64,000 nt of DNA from a virus. Both the position numbers and the translations under genes were made by a program. The stretch is taken from positions 67,917 to 131,916 of the IMG/VR virus record IMGVR_UViG_3300025411_000008; one strand, 5' to 3'. The notes below the pieces were generated by a model that searched no databases, was not told the origin of the DNA, and was given only the letters and a program-made list of their open reading frames with translations. This document shows, one piece after another, positions 1 to 9,137 of this stretch (its first letter is position 1; each line of letters opens with the position of its first letter).

Positions 1-15
1 ATTGGCTGTGCCATA

Positions 16-285
16 TTAGAATCCTCTCACGGTTGTGTTGTATTGGTCGTTCTGGAATACCAGGCCAGTGTTGTTTTGACCCTGCCAGCCGTTACCACTC
101 AAGGTAGGCTGTGCATAGCCACCACTAACGGTACCGGAGAATGTCTGGGGTGCCCAGACGTTGAACCATGGCTCGTTGTAGATTGTTGTGCCGCTCAGAA
201 CCGTACCACTGGGGATAATTGCACCCAATGGCTCGGCAGCAGCCTCAACAACAGGCTTCACTGTGTTCTTGATCTCGTCGCTCAT
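16..285 (-). CDS. hypothetical protein (head gene cluster)
   Basis: 89-aa ORF with an AGGAG RBS, co-oriented downstream of the major capsid gene. Confidence 0.6.
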   Translation of the reverse strand: MSDEIKNTVKPVVEAAAEPLGAIIPSGTVLSGTTIYNEPWFNVWAPQTFSGTVSGGYAQPTLSGNGWQGQNNTGLVFQNDQYNTTVRGF

Positions 286-328
286 TTAAGCTCCTTCTAG
301 AAGGTGGAGCTTTGCAGTCCACCGGTTG

Positions 329-895
329 TTATACGTTCTTTGGTTTTGCGGTGCTAGTGCTGTTGTTCCAGATCTGCTCCCATGACTGCGAAGGACCCTT
401 AGGCTCAGCTTCATCAGGAAGAGGAATCTTGTACAGACCTGTGTTTTCACTAGCTCCGGCAGCGAGGCTTTCACGGAGGTGATCCATGTGACTCTCGCTT
501 GTACTGCTTTCGTCCTTAAGTTCAGCGATCTTTTCCATAGCCTCTTCAGAGGTAATGAACGCAATACGACCACGCTGTACAGCTCTCAGCAAGTAAGGAT
601 CCTTGCGGATTTCCTCTGCGATAGGCTGAATGCTATTGTGAAAGCCAGTTCCGGCTAGCTTAAAGCTACCCTTGTCACTGGCAAACACGGTAGAACCAGA
701 CATAAGGTTCTCGATCCAGTCTGCAGTCTTAATGTCTTGCATATCCTTAAACGAAGCTGGTGCACGCTTTTGAAGTGCTGCTGCTCTGTCTGCGGGGTCT
801 GCCTTGTGCTCTTCAAAGTGACCACCCAAGTCCACTACTGGGACTGGGGTACTCTCTGCTCCGACATCACTTGACTTTGATACAGTTCTTGCCAT
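329..895 (-). CDS. hypothetical protein downstream of major capsid
   Basis: 188-aa ORF with an AGGAG RBS; no family recognised. Confidence 0.7.
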   Translation of the reverse strand: MARTVSKSSDVGAESTPVPVVDLGGHFEEHKADPADRAAALQKRAPASFKDMQDIKTADWIENLMSGSTVFASDKGSFKLAGTGFHNSIQPIAEEIRKDPYLLRAVQRGRIAFITSEEAMEKIAELKDESSTSESHMDHLRESLAAGASENTGLYKIPLPDEAEPKGPSQSWEQIWNNSTSTAKPKNV

Positions 896-987
896 TTTAA
901 TGCTCCTATTTTCAAGGGACTCTCGTCCTCAATAGATACGAAATTTTCATACCTAGTTGTTACTTCAAGGGTATTTCTTTGTACGAT

Positions 988-1026
988 GACCGGGGAGCGA
1001 TCTCGGAGGATCCGACCTCCCCGGCC
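988..1026 (-). terminator. GC-rich hairpin after the major capsid gene (terminator or stabiliser)
   Basis: Inverted repeat CCGGGGAG...CTCCCCGG just after the capsid stop codon; no U-tract. Confidence 0.55.
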
Positions 1027-1044
1027 GTAGTACGGTTGTTAAGA

Positions 1045-2055
1045 CTAAGCCTTAACGATCTTGCCCAGACCACGGGGGTTGAGAACGATCTCGGAAACGA
1101 GCTCGTCCATGACCCAACCCTTGTGGAACTTCTCAGGCGTGTGGTTCTCTTCGACGTCGAGCGAGTACATGACGGGGAAGACACCGAGGAACTCGGGGCT
1201 TGGGGTCATGTAGACAGTACCCTGAGGTACTTCGATCGAACGCTGAACTTGGAAACCACCGAATTGAACGATGCGCTCACCAGCAACAACACGGTCCTTG
1301 AAGGCCCAACCGGTCTGGTTGATGTCCCACTTGTAAAGGTCACGGTAGTCGAGTGGGTTGAACAACAGTCTCGAAGCTTCCAACTGGTGGACTTCGATGA
1401 GTGCAACGAGGTCGTACAGCGAGTCAGGGGTGATGTAACCCGAGAGCTCGTTAACGATGTGGTTGGGCGAAACTACGTGGTTGGGGTCAACGGCGTAGTT
1501 GTTGATGGCAGCTTCGAGGACCGTGATCAAACGGGCGTCTTCCTGCATCATGATTGCCTGCTTGGACATGTCCTGGGCGTACTCCACGATGTTTACGCGG
1601 AGGTACCACAAGTCTTCCTTCTTGATCTGAGGGAAGGTAGCGATACGGAACAAACGGACTGGAACCTTCTTACCTTCGAAGGGTGTCACACGGACTTCAC
1701 CTTCGTTACCGGAAAGAATGTAAGCCTGGCCGTACTCGTCGAGGACGTCGTACATGACAGGTACACCAGGGGTAAGCGGGTCTTCCAGGAGGACGTTACG
1801 GGTCATACCTTGGTAACGGAGCTTCAGCTGGATGGGACCGATCATACCCTGGCCCAAACGGACCATGTAGTTGTCCTTGTCGGCCAGAACACCGGCGAGG
1901 CGACGCTGCTTCTCTTCACGAGTAGCAGTTACGCGGCCAGTTGCAGTCTTAAGACGGTCCTGAGCCTCAATGATACCGGCGACGTAGTCGTCCGACTTCT
2001 TGGCTGTGCGGGGAGCGAGGTGCTCAGCGACAGCGCCATTGGGAGTGATTGACAT
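1045..2055 (-). CDS. major capsid protein (HK97 fold, Bxz1/cluster C-like)
   Basis: 336 aa with strongly biased codons. Motifs MIGPIQLKLRYQG, FRIATFPQIKKEDL and GWVMDELV..VLNPRG recall cluster C mycobacteriophage capsids. Lies downstream of portal, protease and scaffold-like genes. Confidence 0.88.
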   Translation of the reverse strand: MSITPNGAVAEHLAPRTAKKSDDYVAGIIEAQDRLKTATGRVTATREEKQRRLAGVLADKDNYMVRLGQGMIGPIQLKLRYQGMTRNVLLEDPLTPGVPVMYDVLDEYGQAYILSGNEGEVRVTPFEGKKVPVRLFRIATFPQIKKEDLWYLRVNIVEYAQDMSKQAIMMQEDARLITVLEAAINNYAVDPNHVVSPNHIVNELSGYITPDSLYDLVALIEVHQLEASRLLFNPLDYRDLYKWDINQTGWAFKDRVVAGERIVQFGGFQVQRSIEVPQGTVYMTPSPEFLGVFPVMYSLDVEENHTPEKFHKGWVMDELVSEIVLNPRGLGKIVKA

Positions 2056-2079
2056 TTTCTATATTTCCTTTCAAATACC

Positions 2080-2607
2080 TTAGGCAGTTGCGCCGAATGG
2101 AACGAGACGGACAACAATTTGCGTGGGGCTGATGACATCGATCAACTCAGCGACAGGAATGGCGTTCAAGGCACCAACAGTGGCACTTGTACCCGAAGAC
2201 GAAGTCAGCTGACCAGTACCTGAAGCGGTGTACAGCAAGGTACGAGTACCGTTCGTAGGAACGTTGTAAGCTACCGTCGTGTCGAAAGCAGGGGCGGTGA
2301 TGGTGAAGAAGGCGTTAGAGCCACCCAACCATACTGACCATGCGTTGACGCCAACCTGAGTTACGTCGTCAATGTTAGGGTTACGGTCAAGAGCAGAAAG
2401 ACCAAATGGCTTTGCACCTGAAGCAGTAGCCGTAGCAGCATTGGCAACGGTGTCGGGACCTGTACGGTACATGACCATACCTGAGTAGATGTTCGTGGTG
2501 TCCGTGGGATCCAGGAACGTGTTGTAAGGTGTAGCCTCGTACTTTTCGTACAGTGGGGTGCACGTACGGTGAACCCCAACGTTAGCTACGCTATTAAGTT
2601 GCAGCAT
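2080..2607 (-). CDS. putative capsid decoration/cement protein
   Basis: 175 aa, beta-rich, immediately upstream of the capsid gene, same codon bias. Confidence 0.6.
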   Translation of the reverse strand: MLQLNSVANVGVHRTCTPLYEKYEATPYNTFLDPTDTTNIYSGMVMYRTGPDTVANAATATASGAKPFGLSALDRNPNIDDVTQVGVNAWSVWLGGSNAFFTITAPAFDTTVAYNVPTNGTRTLLYTASGTGQLTSSSGTSATVGALNAIPVAELIDVISPTQIVVRLVPFGATA

Positions 2608-2639
2608 ATTTTCTTTCTCCTGTTAGTAGGGGATTTGGG

Positions 2640-4100
2640 TTAAAGTGTCATCAGCCAATCGTCAGACATAACGTCCTGACGAGTAACTGTTGAGGCCGTT
2701 GTCAACCGACCCATTTCTGGCAAACGATTACTTCCGCTTGCCACTTTCTGGCTCCGGGGTTGACGAGCCCCAGACTCTTCAAACATGTCGATGGAAGCTA
2801 CAAAACCTGCCAGCTTAACATCAGACATTTGTTCAAACTTTGCGATGTGCTTAGCACGATCTTCGTGTTGGATCATGCTCATCTTTTCGAGACGATCTAC
2901 AACTTGGATAGCAGCGAAGATCTTTTCACGGCTAGCCTGTACAGCGGCAACAGTGCCTGCGTAAGGAGCCAGGGCAGGGTTGGTGCCATCTTCGAAGTCG
3001 ATTCTGCCGTGGCTAGGGCCGTGCAGTTGGTCATCAAGGATTCCTGTCTCGGTACCATCGTTGTAGAATGGTACGTAACCAGCGTCTTCACCGTTTACTT
3101 CCTCAGGAACGAGTGCGTTGGTCTGGTGGTCAGGCTGCATTACGCGCTGACGGTCCCAAACACCAGCCTGGTCATCAAGGTCACGGACATCAACAACCTG
3201 GAGGCTCTCCTGGTTACCGTTAGAAGCCTCCTTAGGCTCCTTCTTGCCATCGCAGTTCTTGGTCTTGCAACCAGGGCCACTGCACCACTCGGTGCGAGCA
3301 GACTTCTTCTTCTTCAAGAAAGCAGGCTTGTCGTCGTCGTCTTCGTCATCATCGTCTTCGCAGTCTTCGCAGCCCTTACCCTTGCAGTTCTTGCAGGATG
3401 ACTTCTTGCTCTTAGACTTAGTCTTCTTCTTAGCGGCAGTCTTCTTGTCGTCTGCATCGTCATCATCGTCGGCACCGCCATCCGAGTCGCTGTCGTCGTC
3501 TGTGGCAGCAGTCTTGATCTCTTCCAAGAGGCCCTCAAGAGCCTTCAGGTCGACAGAAGCTTGACGGTAGTCACCGGTAACAACAAGGTCGTTCTCGATG
3601 TCAGTTACGATGCTTGCAACGGTACCAACAACCTGGTTGAGGTCATCGTTAGTGCTAGCAAAGCGCAGAACGGTTGCAGCGTCATTCGAAGCAGTGATAA
3701 GGTTATTGAAGTCGAAGTCAACTTCGTCACGGATAGCATCGCGTACTTCACGGCTAGCCTTGTAAACCTGGTACAGACTCTCGTCAATAGGGTTAATGCT
3801 TGCGTACATTGGGCCACCTTCAGAGTAAACGGCACTCGAGCCAGGACCACCGATGATTTCGCTTCCATCGTCAACGCCAGTGAAGTCACGGACATCAAGT
3901 TGACGTGTCATTGGCTGGTTAGCAATCCAGTCAGCTACTTCTTCAGTAGGAGCAGGAGCTTGCTCAGGCCAACCGCCTGAACCAAGACTGTCGACCTGGT
4001 CGTATGGTTGCACTCTTGGAGTGGTAGTCGTTCCCGACATGCCTCTTTGTTGGAAAGCATTTTCTGCTTGCTTAATCATCTCGTCATCAAAACGGCTCAT
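2640..4100 (-). CDS. putative scaffolding/head assembly protein
   Basis: 486 aa, acidic and low-complexity with K-x-A sites and CxxC motifs; sits between protease and capsid genes. Confidence 0.5.
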   Translation of the reverse strand: MSRFDDEMIKQAENAFQQRGMSGTTTTPRVQPYDQVDSLGSGGWPEQAPAPTEEVADWIANQPMTRQLDVRDFTGVDDGSEIIGGPGSSAVYSEGGPMYASINPIDESLYQVYKASREVRDAIRDEVDFDFNNLITASNDAATVLRFASTNDDLNQVVGTVASIVTDIENDLVVTGDYRQASVDLKALEGLLEEIKTAATDDDSDSDGGADDDDDADDKKTAAKKKTKSKSKKSSCKNCKGKGCEDCEDDDDEDDDDKPAFLKKKKSARTEWCSGPGCKTKNCDGKKEPKEASNGNQESLQVVDVRDLDDQAGVWDRQRVMQPDHQTNALVPEEVNGEDAGYVPFYNDGTETGILDDQLHGPSHGRIDFEDGTNPALAPYAGTVAAVQASREKIFAAIQVVDRLEKMSMIQHEDRAKHIAKFEQMSDVKLAGFVASIDMFEESGARQPRSQKVASGSNRLPEMGRLTTASTVTRQDVMSDDWLMTL

Positions 4101-4810
4101 GATTGCTCCTCGCTAGTTTCTTCGTTTTTATTTTGTGCATCAATCTCTGCGGTGCCCTTGAGCAGGTCCCACATTCTTGTGGTACCATCCATGGCTGCAT
4201 TCATTGAGTCATCTTGAAGAGCTCCAGGATTCATACCCTTTGCACTCTTCTTTTTAAGCTTCTTCTTATTCTTTTCGATCTTTTGTGATGCTGGACTTAG
4301 GAAATTACGCTTGATGTTTTTTCCTACCTCAGGATCTATACCCAGGAACTTGGGTCTTTTAAATCCTAAAGCTCCAGCAATTTCGTGTCCGCAGGCAGGA
4401 TTTTCACAAGAACCTGACAAATCGCCCTTTTTCATCGAGTCATTAACGAATGTACGCTGCTTACAACGAGGACATTCAGCCTTACCACTTGATGTACCGC
4501 TAAGGTCGAGACCTTCAAAGTCTGGTGAAACAATGTCTACAAAAGACAAGCTTCTGTAGGCAGCTTTAGCATTAGGGTTCTGCTCTGCAAGACTCTGCTG
4601 CTGCTTTACAACCTGTTGGATGCCCATCGCATCTTGCCATTCTTGAATAGCTTCTTGTACCCGAGGGTCAATATAGCTACAGTCTGGACAAATGCCATCT
4701 CTGTAACCATTACCTTGACACTGCGGGCAATCACCAAGAGGTGAAATGGATACCCTGATTACTTCCAGTGCATACTTCTTAATATCGCTAGATACCTTGA
4801 GGACAGGCAT
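4097..4810 (-). CDS. Zn-ribbon protein
   Basis: CPQCQG, CPDC, CPRC and CENPAC motifs; start placed at MPVLKV just after the upstream stop. Confidence 0.6.
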   Translation of the reverse strand: MPVLKVSSDIKKYALEVIRVSISPLGDCPQCQGNGYRDGICPDCSYIDPRVQEAIQEWQDAMGIQQVVKQQQSLAEQNPNAKAAYRSLSFVDIVSPDFEGLDLSGTSSGKAECPRCKQRTFVNDSMKKGDLSGSCENPACGHEIAGALGFKRPKFLGIDPEVGKNIKRNFLSPASQKIEKNKKKLKKKSAKGMNPGALQDDSMNAAMDGTTRMWDLLKGTAEIDAQNKNEETSEEQS

Positions 4811-4812
4811 TG

Positions 4813-5472
4813 TTAGTAACGCTTCTTTTGCAACAACCAAGCTGATTCGTCTGCTGGCTCAAATACAAAGCTCAGCTCGAAGAAGTTAGGTCTGATGCAA
4901 CTTTCGAATACAAGGCTCTCAATACGCTTGCCAGCCTTGTAAACAGTAACGGTGCGTCCCTTAAGACGAGGAATGTGTGTGCAGTACTCAGCAGGCTTGC
5001 TGGCAACCTTGCCGCAGGCACTGCATTGTGTGCAATCGACGTCAGCACCCATGCTGACAGCGTTCAAGCTACCTTCCATAATGGAGTTGGCTAGCTTAGG
5101 AAAACTTTGTGCATCTACTTCCATCAGGCAGTAAACACTTCCGTCTGTTGCACCGGAGGCGAGCTTGCTCTCACGGTAAACAGCATCGAGAATAACCCCA
5201 CGAGCACGATCAGGATCTGAGTTGTTGTGCTCAACGTAGATAGGCCGACCAACAAAAGTCTTGTAGCTTTGCTTGATTTGGTCTACAGGCCAACCATCAT
5301 AATTAGCGTTTACTCTGGAGGAAATGGCTCTAGAAACAGCGTAAACATAACCAGGTTCTGGCTTAAAGTTAAAATCGTCAAAGGTTACATTGTGCAGCTC
5401 AATTGGCTGACCGACGCCAGCAAGAGTCTCTCTACCTTGTAGAGCAATTGAGGGAGCACCAAATTTTATCAT
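4813..5472 (-). CDS. putative prohead (capsid maturation) protease
   Basis: NANYDGW, TFVGRPIYVEHNN, VSMG, CSAC..CTH and FFELSFV motifs typical of large-phage prohead proteases; position between portal and scaffold. Confidence 0.72.
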   Translation of the reverse strand: MIKFGAPSIALQGRETLAGVGQPIELHNVTFDDFNFKPEPGYVYAVSRAISSRVNANYDGWPVDQIKQSYKTFVGRPIYVEHNNSDPDRARGVILDAVYRESKLASGATDGSVYCLMEVDAQSFPKLANSIMEGSLNAVSMGADVDCTQCSACGKVASKPAEYCTHIPRLKGRTVTVYKAGKRIESLVFESCIRPNFFELSFVFEPADESAWLLQKKRY

Positions 5473-5535
5473 CTTCAGAACCTTTTCTGTATTAACATAT
5501 ATTTTACATCGTTGTAACAATTAAAACTATGTTAA

Positions 5536-5931
5536 TTAGTGATGTAAGTTAATTTCGTCTTCGAGAGCATCAACGAGATTGTGTACTTCTTTGCTTTGTT
5601 CTTGCTCGAGTTCAAGGATCTCATTGATCTTTACAAGCAATTCTTGGATGGTTGTAAGGCTTTCACGCAATACTTTAGCATCTGCTCGAGTCTGCTCAAA
5701 CATACTGATACCAACAACAGACTCAATGAACAGTGCCATGTAGGAAGCCCATACATTCCACCAGCCAATAACGTTGATGTCAATTGTTCCCCAAGCAGCG
5801 CAGAACAAAGTAATAAACGTAATTGTCCCAATGAAATACCAATTACGAATAGAAAACTGAATCTTCCAAGAAATATGCTTGCCAAGACCGATGGGGTCGC
5901 CCGTAATAGGGTGTCTAAATCTCCTGGCCAT
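5536..5931 (-). CDS. membrane protein (2 TM + coiled coil)
   Basis: Two hydrophobic segments followed by a heptad-rich C-terminus. Confidence 0.6.
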   Translation of the reverse strand: MARRFRHPITGDPIGLGKHISWKIQFSIRNWYFIGTITFITLFCAAWGTIDINVIGWWNVWASYMALFIESVVGISMFEQTRADAKVLRESLTTIQELLVKINEILELEQEQSKEVHNLVDALEDEINLHH

Positions 5932-6305
5932 TATTCCTCGTTTTCGTGCGCTGCTCTGAGTCCTTCGTGGTAGCCAAGGTGTCTATCAATAGACTGTGTA
6001 AGCTTGTCTACGTGCTGTTCGATACCCATCAAGTGGTCAACCTTTGTCTCTAGGCGATTCCACTGGTCTTTAGGGCTCGAGCCACCGTTAGTCTTGAACT
6101 GGCTGAACAAGCGTTCAAACTTCTCGTCTTGATCAATCTTGCTTTCAATGATTGACTTCTCAAGCTCATCCATCTTTTTGTCGCTATGGCGCACAATAAG
6201 CTTGTAGATGAAACGTGCCACAGTTGCAAAACCAGCTGCAGCAAAGAAGAAGTTAGAGATATAGCTAAACCAGGTATTGCTTGAATTAAAAAACGTGCCG
6301 AGCAT
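5931..6305 (-). CDS. membrane protein (1 TM; NGGSS motif)
   Basis: N-terminal hydrophobic helix; the FKTNGGSSPKD motif is common in actinophage small membrane proteins. Confidence 0.6.
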   Translation of the reverse strand: MLGTFFNSSNTWFSYISNFFFAAAGFATVARFIYKLIVRHSDKKMDELEKSIIESKIDQDEKFERLFSQFKTNGGSSPKDQWNRLETKVDHLMGIEQHVDKLTQSIDRHLGYHEGLRAAHENEE

Positions 6306-6493
6306 TATGCATCAATTTTTTCATAGATGCTATTTGACAAATCAAGCTTGTGGGCATTTCGGCACTTAATGCCTTCTCCCTCTTTGATAATGTCAAGCTT
6401 AACTAGGGGGCTAACTACGTCAAGAAAGCTCTTCTTATTGAAGGCAGCTTTTGGTAGAAGACGAGGAGTCTCATTATTAAAAAGAGTGCTCAT
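6305..6493 (-). CDS. hypothetical protein
   Basis: 62 aa, GGAG RBS, TAATG coupling to the next gene. Confidence 0.55.
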   Translation of the reverse strand: MSTLFNNETPRLLPKAAFNKKSFLDVVSPLVKLDIIKEGEGIKCRNAHKLDLSNSIYEKIDA

Positions 6494-6551
6494 GGATGTC
6501 TCCGTTGATTAAATATTACACGTTCTACTAATTAGTGCAATATCTATTGTG

Positions 6552-8933
6552 TTATAAATCTTCCTTTGGAAGATCTGGGTGATAATCTCCGCTAATAGCA
6601 GGTGCACTGATCGCACTATCTCCACCCATACTGTTGCCACCGGCCATATCAGCGATAGGGTTACCAGTATCTTCAGGGTTAGTAGGAGTAGGGATCATTG
6701 AGCTATCACCGTCAAGAGCATTAGCAAGATGTTGCTTAAATGCCTCTTCGTCAAACTTCTCATAGCTATTGTCAACAATAACCTTCATACCAGTAGCAAG
6801 CTTCATACGCTTACGCTTCTTCTGCTCAAATGGTACAGCGAACTTCATACGGTCACCGTATTCAACGCGACCACTAAAGTCATCGTAATCATCTTCGTCC
6901 CAACCAGATACGGATGCAGTCTTCTTCTTAGGTCCATTCTTAGGACCCTTCTTAGAAGGCTTAGGTTGGCTCTTACGCTGTTCGTAGCTTTCTTCTGGAC
7001 GTTGACGTTGCTGAGCAGCTTCTTGGTTGATGCTTGGGTATACTTGTGCACCAGCAGCAGCGTCACTGTTGCCTGCGGCATTACCAGTCATATTGGGTGC
7101 GCTAGGTGGAGCTACAAGACCAGCCATAGCACCTGGGGCAAGCTGTGCACCAAGCGATGGGTCTTCCATCATCGCTAGGTAGGCCTGGTATTCCTGTACA
7201 TATTCTGGTGGTACTGGCAATTGCAGAACCATCAAACGGTTGAACAGTTCCTTCTTGAATTGCTGTTCAGCAACAACCGTCTTAATCTTCTCTTCCTTAC
7301 GTGCATCAATCTCGTCATCGAAGTCGATTGGGATATTGACAGCAAGTGTGCTGAGGGAGATGGGGAAGCCTGAGGCGCTGAGCTGCTGGAGGAACCCACG
7401 CTCAACTGTCTCATCTCTGAGGTTCATCGAACGGAATCTTACCTCTGGAATGGCCAGCTTGGGTCGTTCTTCAACATATTCAGCACCAGTCTCTTCATCA
7501 ACCATGAGAACAGTTTCCATAACAGGTACCATTTGGCCACCCACGTTACGCATCTCATAGTGACCTTGTCTTTCTGCTACTGGCTCCATACGGGAACGGA
7601 TAAACTTCTCGATCTTGTGCTGGTAAGTACTAAGCATCTGAGTAATAAGCTCTCGGTTCAAAGCACCTGAAGCATAGGTACCACCCTGGCCACCCTGAAT
7701 AAGGTCAGCACCGATACCGAATACACCCATGAGGTTTGTCTGTACACGCATGAAATCTGTGTCAAGACGAGGCATGCTTTCACGTCCAAAGGCGTTCTGG
7801 ATCTGCAAACCGTGGTGGTATGTCATCAGACGGAAGTCTGAGTTAATAGCCATGGCCAAGTCGTCACGCAAAGACTGGAGCTCCATAGCATCTGGGATCC
7901 ATGGACCGTCCTGGTCTACGTCAGGAAGTCCCAAGGTAGCAAGGATAAGGGGAGAATACAGACGGTCAGCAATAGCGTCTTGAGCGGAGTTGAGGGACTC
8001 CTCAAGCATAAGAGTGCGAAAGGCACGAAGAAGAATAGGAGTACCATGTTCGCTCCACGGGTTGGTAGAGAACTTGATCTGCTTCATGATTACATCAGAA
8101 ACAGGGATTTCCTTATCTTGTCTAGCCCAAGCCACAACGTCTGGATAGAGCTGCATAAGCATTGCATACTCTTGTGGAGGATCACGACGTTCGATAAGAC
8201 GCTTGATCTCTTCAGGTACCTTAACGTGGAACTGGTATGTTCTAAGAGCACGGTTCTTAGCGACGATAACGTCGTTAGGGTTGATGATCTCATCTTCTTC
8301 CCATGCACCAATACCATCGTGCCAAGAACCCATGGCGAACACTTCACCAACGGTCCAGTGCTCACGACCAAGGTCATAGAGGAAGTCTTGGTAATTAAGA
8401 CCATCAAAGAACAACTCATTATAGAAGTCAGAGATGCGCTTGTCGGGGTGTACTAGCTCGATGTCCAGCAAGGGGAAACGAGTATAGATGTCAATAAGAC
8501 CAGGTACCAAGTGGTGAGTGGTGTAAAGAAGGCGAGCCCAGTCACGTATCTTACGAGTCTGCTCATCTGGGTCTTCCATGTTGAACCACCACGTGCGCTC
8601 ACGCCAGTATTCAAATGGGTCGTGTAGCTTAGGAAGTGCCCACTGGGCATCTGATCCTGTAGCAGCAGCAGTTCTGCGGTTAGACGTTCTAGCCATGCCG
8701 TTCTCAGCAAGGAAGTCAGAACCTAACTTATTAAGACGTTGTCTACCCTCTGGAGGTCCACCCATTGCAGTAGCCATTGGACCAATGTCATTAAGCATTG
8801 ATCCTGGCGTAGAAGCCCTATTGAGCATGTCACGTGCAGCGACACGCCCAGCAATAGGGTTCTTAGGAAGGGTGATACCAGATGTCTTCATGCGGCTAAA
8901 TTCCGCAGAAGCACTCCAGTCGTTGGTAGCCAT
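6552..8933 (-). CDS. portal protein
   Basis: ~790 aa with a helical core (LLYTTHHLVPGLIDIYTRFP, HGTPILLRAFRTL) and a long disordered C-terminus; upstream of the protease and capsid genes. Confidence 0.8.
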   Translation of the reverse strand: MATNDWSASAEFSRMKTSGITLPKNPIAGRVAARDMLNRASTPGSMLNDIGPMATAMGGPPEGRQRLNKLGSDFLAENGMARTSNRRTAAATGSDAQWALPKLHDPFEYWRERTWWFNMEDPDEQTRKIRDWARLLYTTHHLVPGLIDIYTRFPLLDIELVHPDKRISDFYNELFFDGLNYQDFLYDLGREHWTVGEVFAMGSWHDGIGAWEEDEIINPNDVIVAKNRALRTYQFHVKVPEEIKRLIERRDPPQEYAMLMQLYPDVVAWARQDKEIPVSDVIMKQIKFSTNPWSEHGTPILLRAFRTLMLEESLNSAQDAIADRLYSPLILATLGLPDVDQDGPWIPDAMELQSLRDDLAMAINSDFRLMTYHHGLQIQNAFGRESMPRLDTDFMRVQTNLMGVFGIGADLIQGGQGGTYASGALNRELITQMLSTYQHKIEKFIRSRMEPVAERQGHYEMRNVGGQMVPVMETVLMVDEETGAEYVEERPKLAIPEVRFRSMNLRDETVERGFLQQLSASGFPISLSTLAVNIPIDFDDEIDARKEEKIKTVVAEQQFKKELFNRLMVLQLPVPPEYVQEYQAYLAMMEDPSLGAQLAPGAMAGLVAPPSAPNMTGNAAGNSDAAAGAQVYPSINQEAAQQRQRPEESYEQRKSQPKPSKKGPKNGPKKKTASVSGWDEDDYDDFSGRVEYGDRMKFAVPFEQKKRKRMKLATGMKVIVDNSYEKFDEEAFKQHLANALDGDSSMIPTPTNPEDTGNPIADMAGGNSMGGDSAISAPAISGDYHPDLPKEDL

Positions 8934-8945
8934 CAATTAGTCTTT

Positions 8946-9128
8946 CTATAGCCCGCATCCGCAAGACTCAATGCCAGGGATTGCTTGGCAACCACATGCA
9001 TAGTTGACGCTTCGGGTAGACTTAATGATACCACCAGATTTGTTCTGAATGATAGGGTTTCCGTTAAAATCAAAGTTGGCACCAACGCGGCGGATAGATG
9101 CCTGTCTAATGTTTTGCTGTCTTTCCAT
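8946..9128 (-). CDS. small Cys-rich hypothetical protein
   Basis: 60 aa, AGGA RBS, C-terminal CGC..CGC. Confidence 0.55.
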   Translation of the reverse strand: MERQQNIRQASIRRVGANFDFNGNPIIQNKSGGIIKSTRSVNYACGCQAIPGIESCGCGL

Positions 9129-9137
9129 AAGTTATCC

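Noticed and set aside
979-2052. Long antisense ORFs (e.g. 979-2052 +, 13763-14509 +, 43480-44079 -, 50314-50907 -)
   Set aside because: Shadow frames produced by the strong codon bias of the real genes on the opposite strand.
1045-2055. Encapsulin nanocompartment (with Dps cargo) instead of a phage capsid
   Set aside because: Portal, protease, scaffold-like and terminase genes are present, so this is a phage head module.
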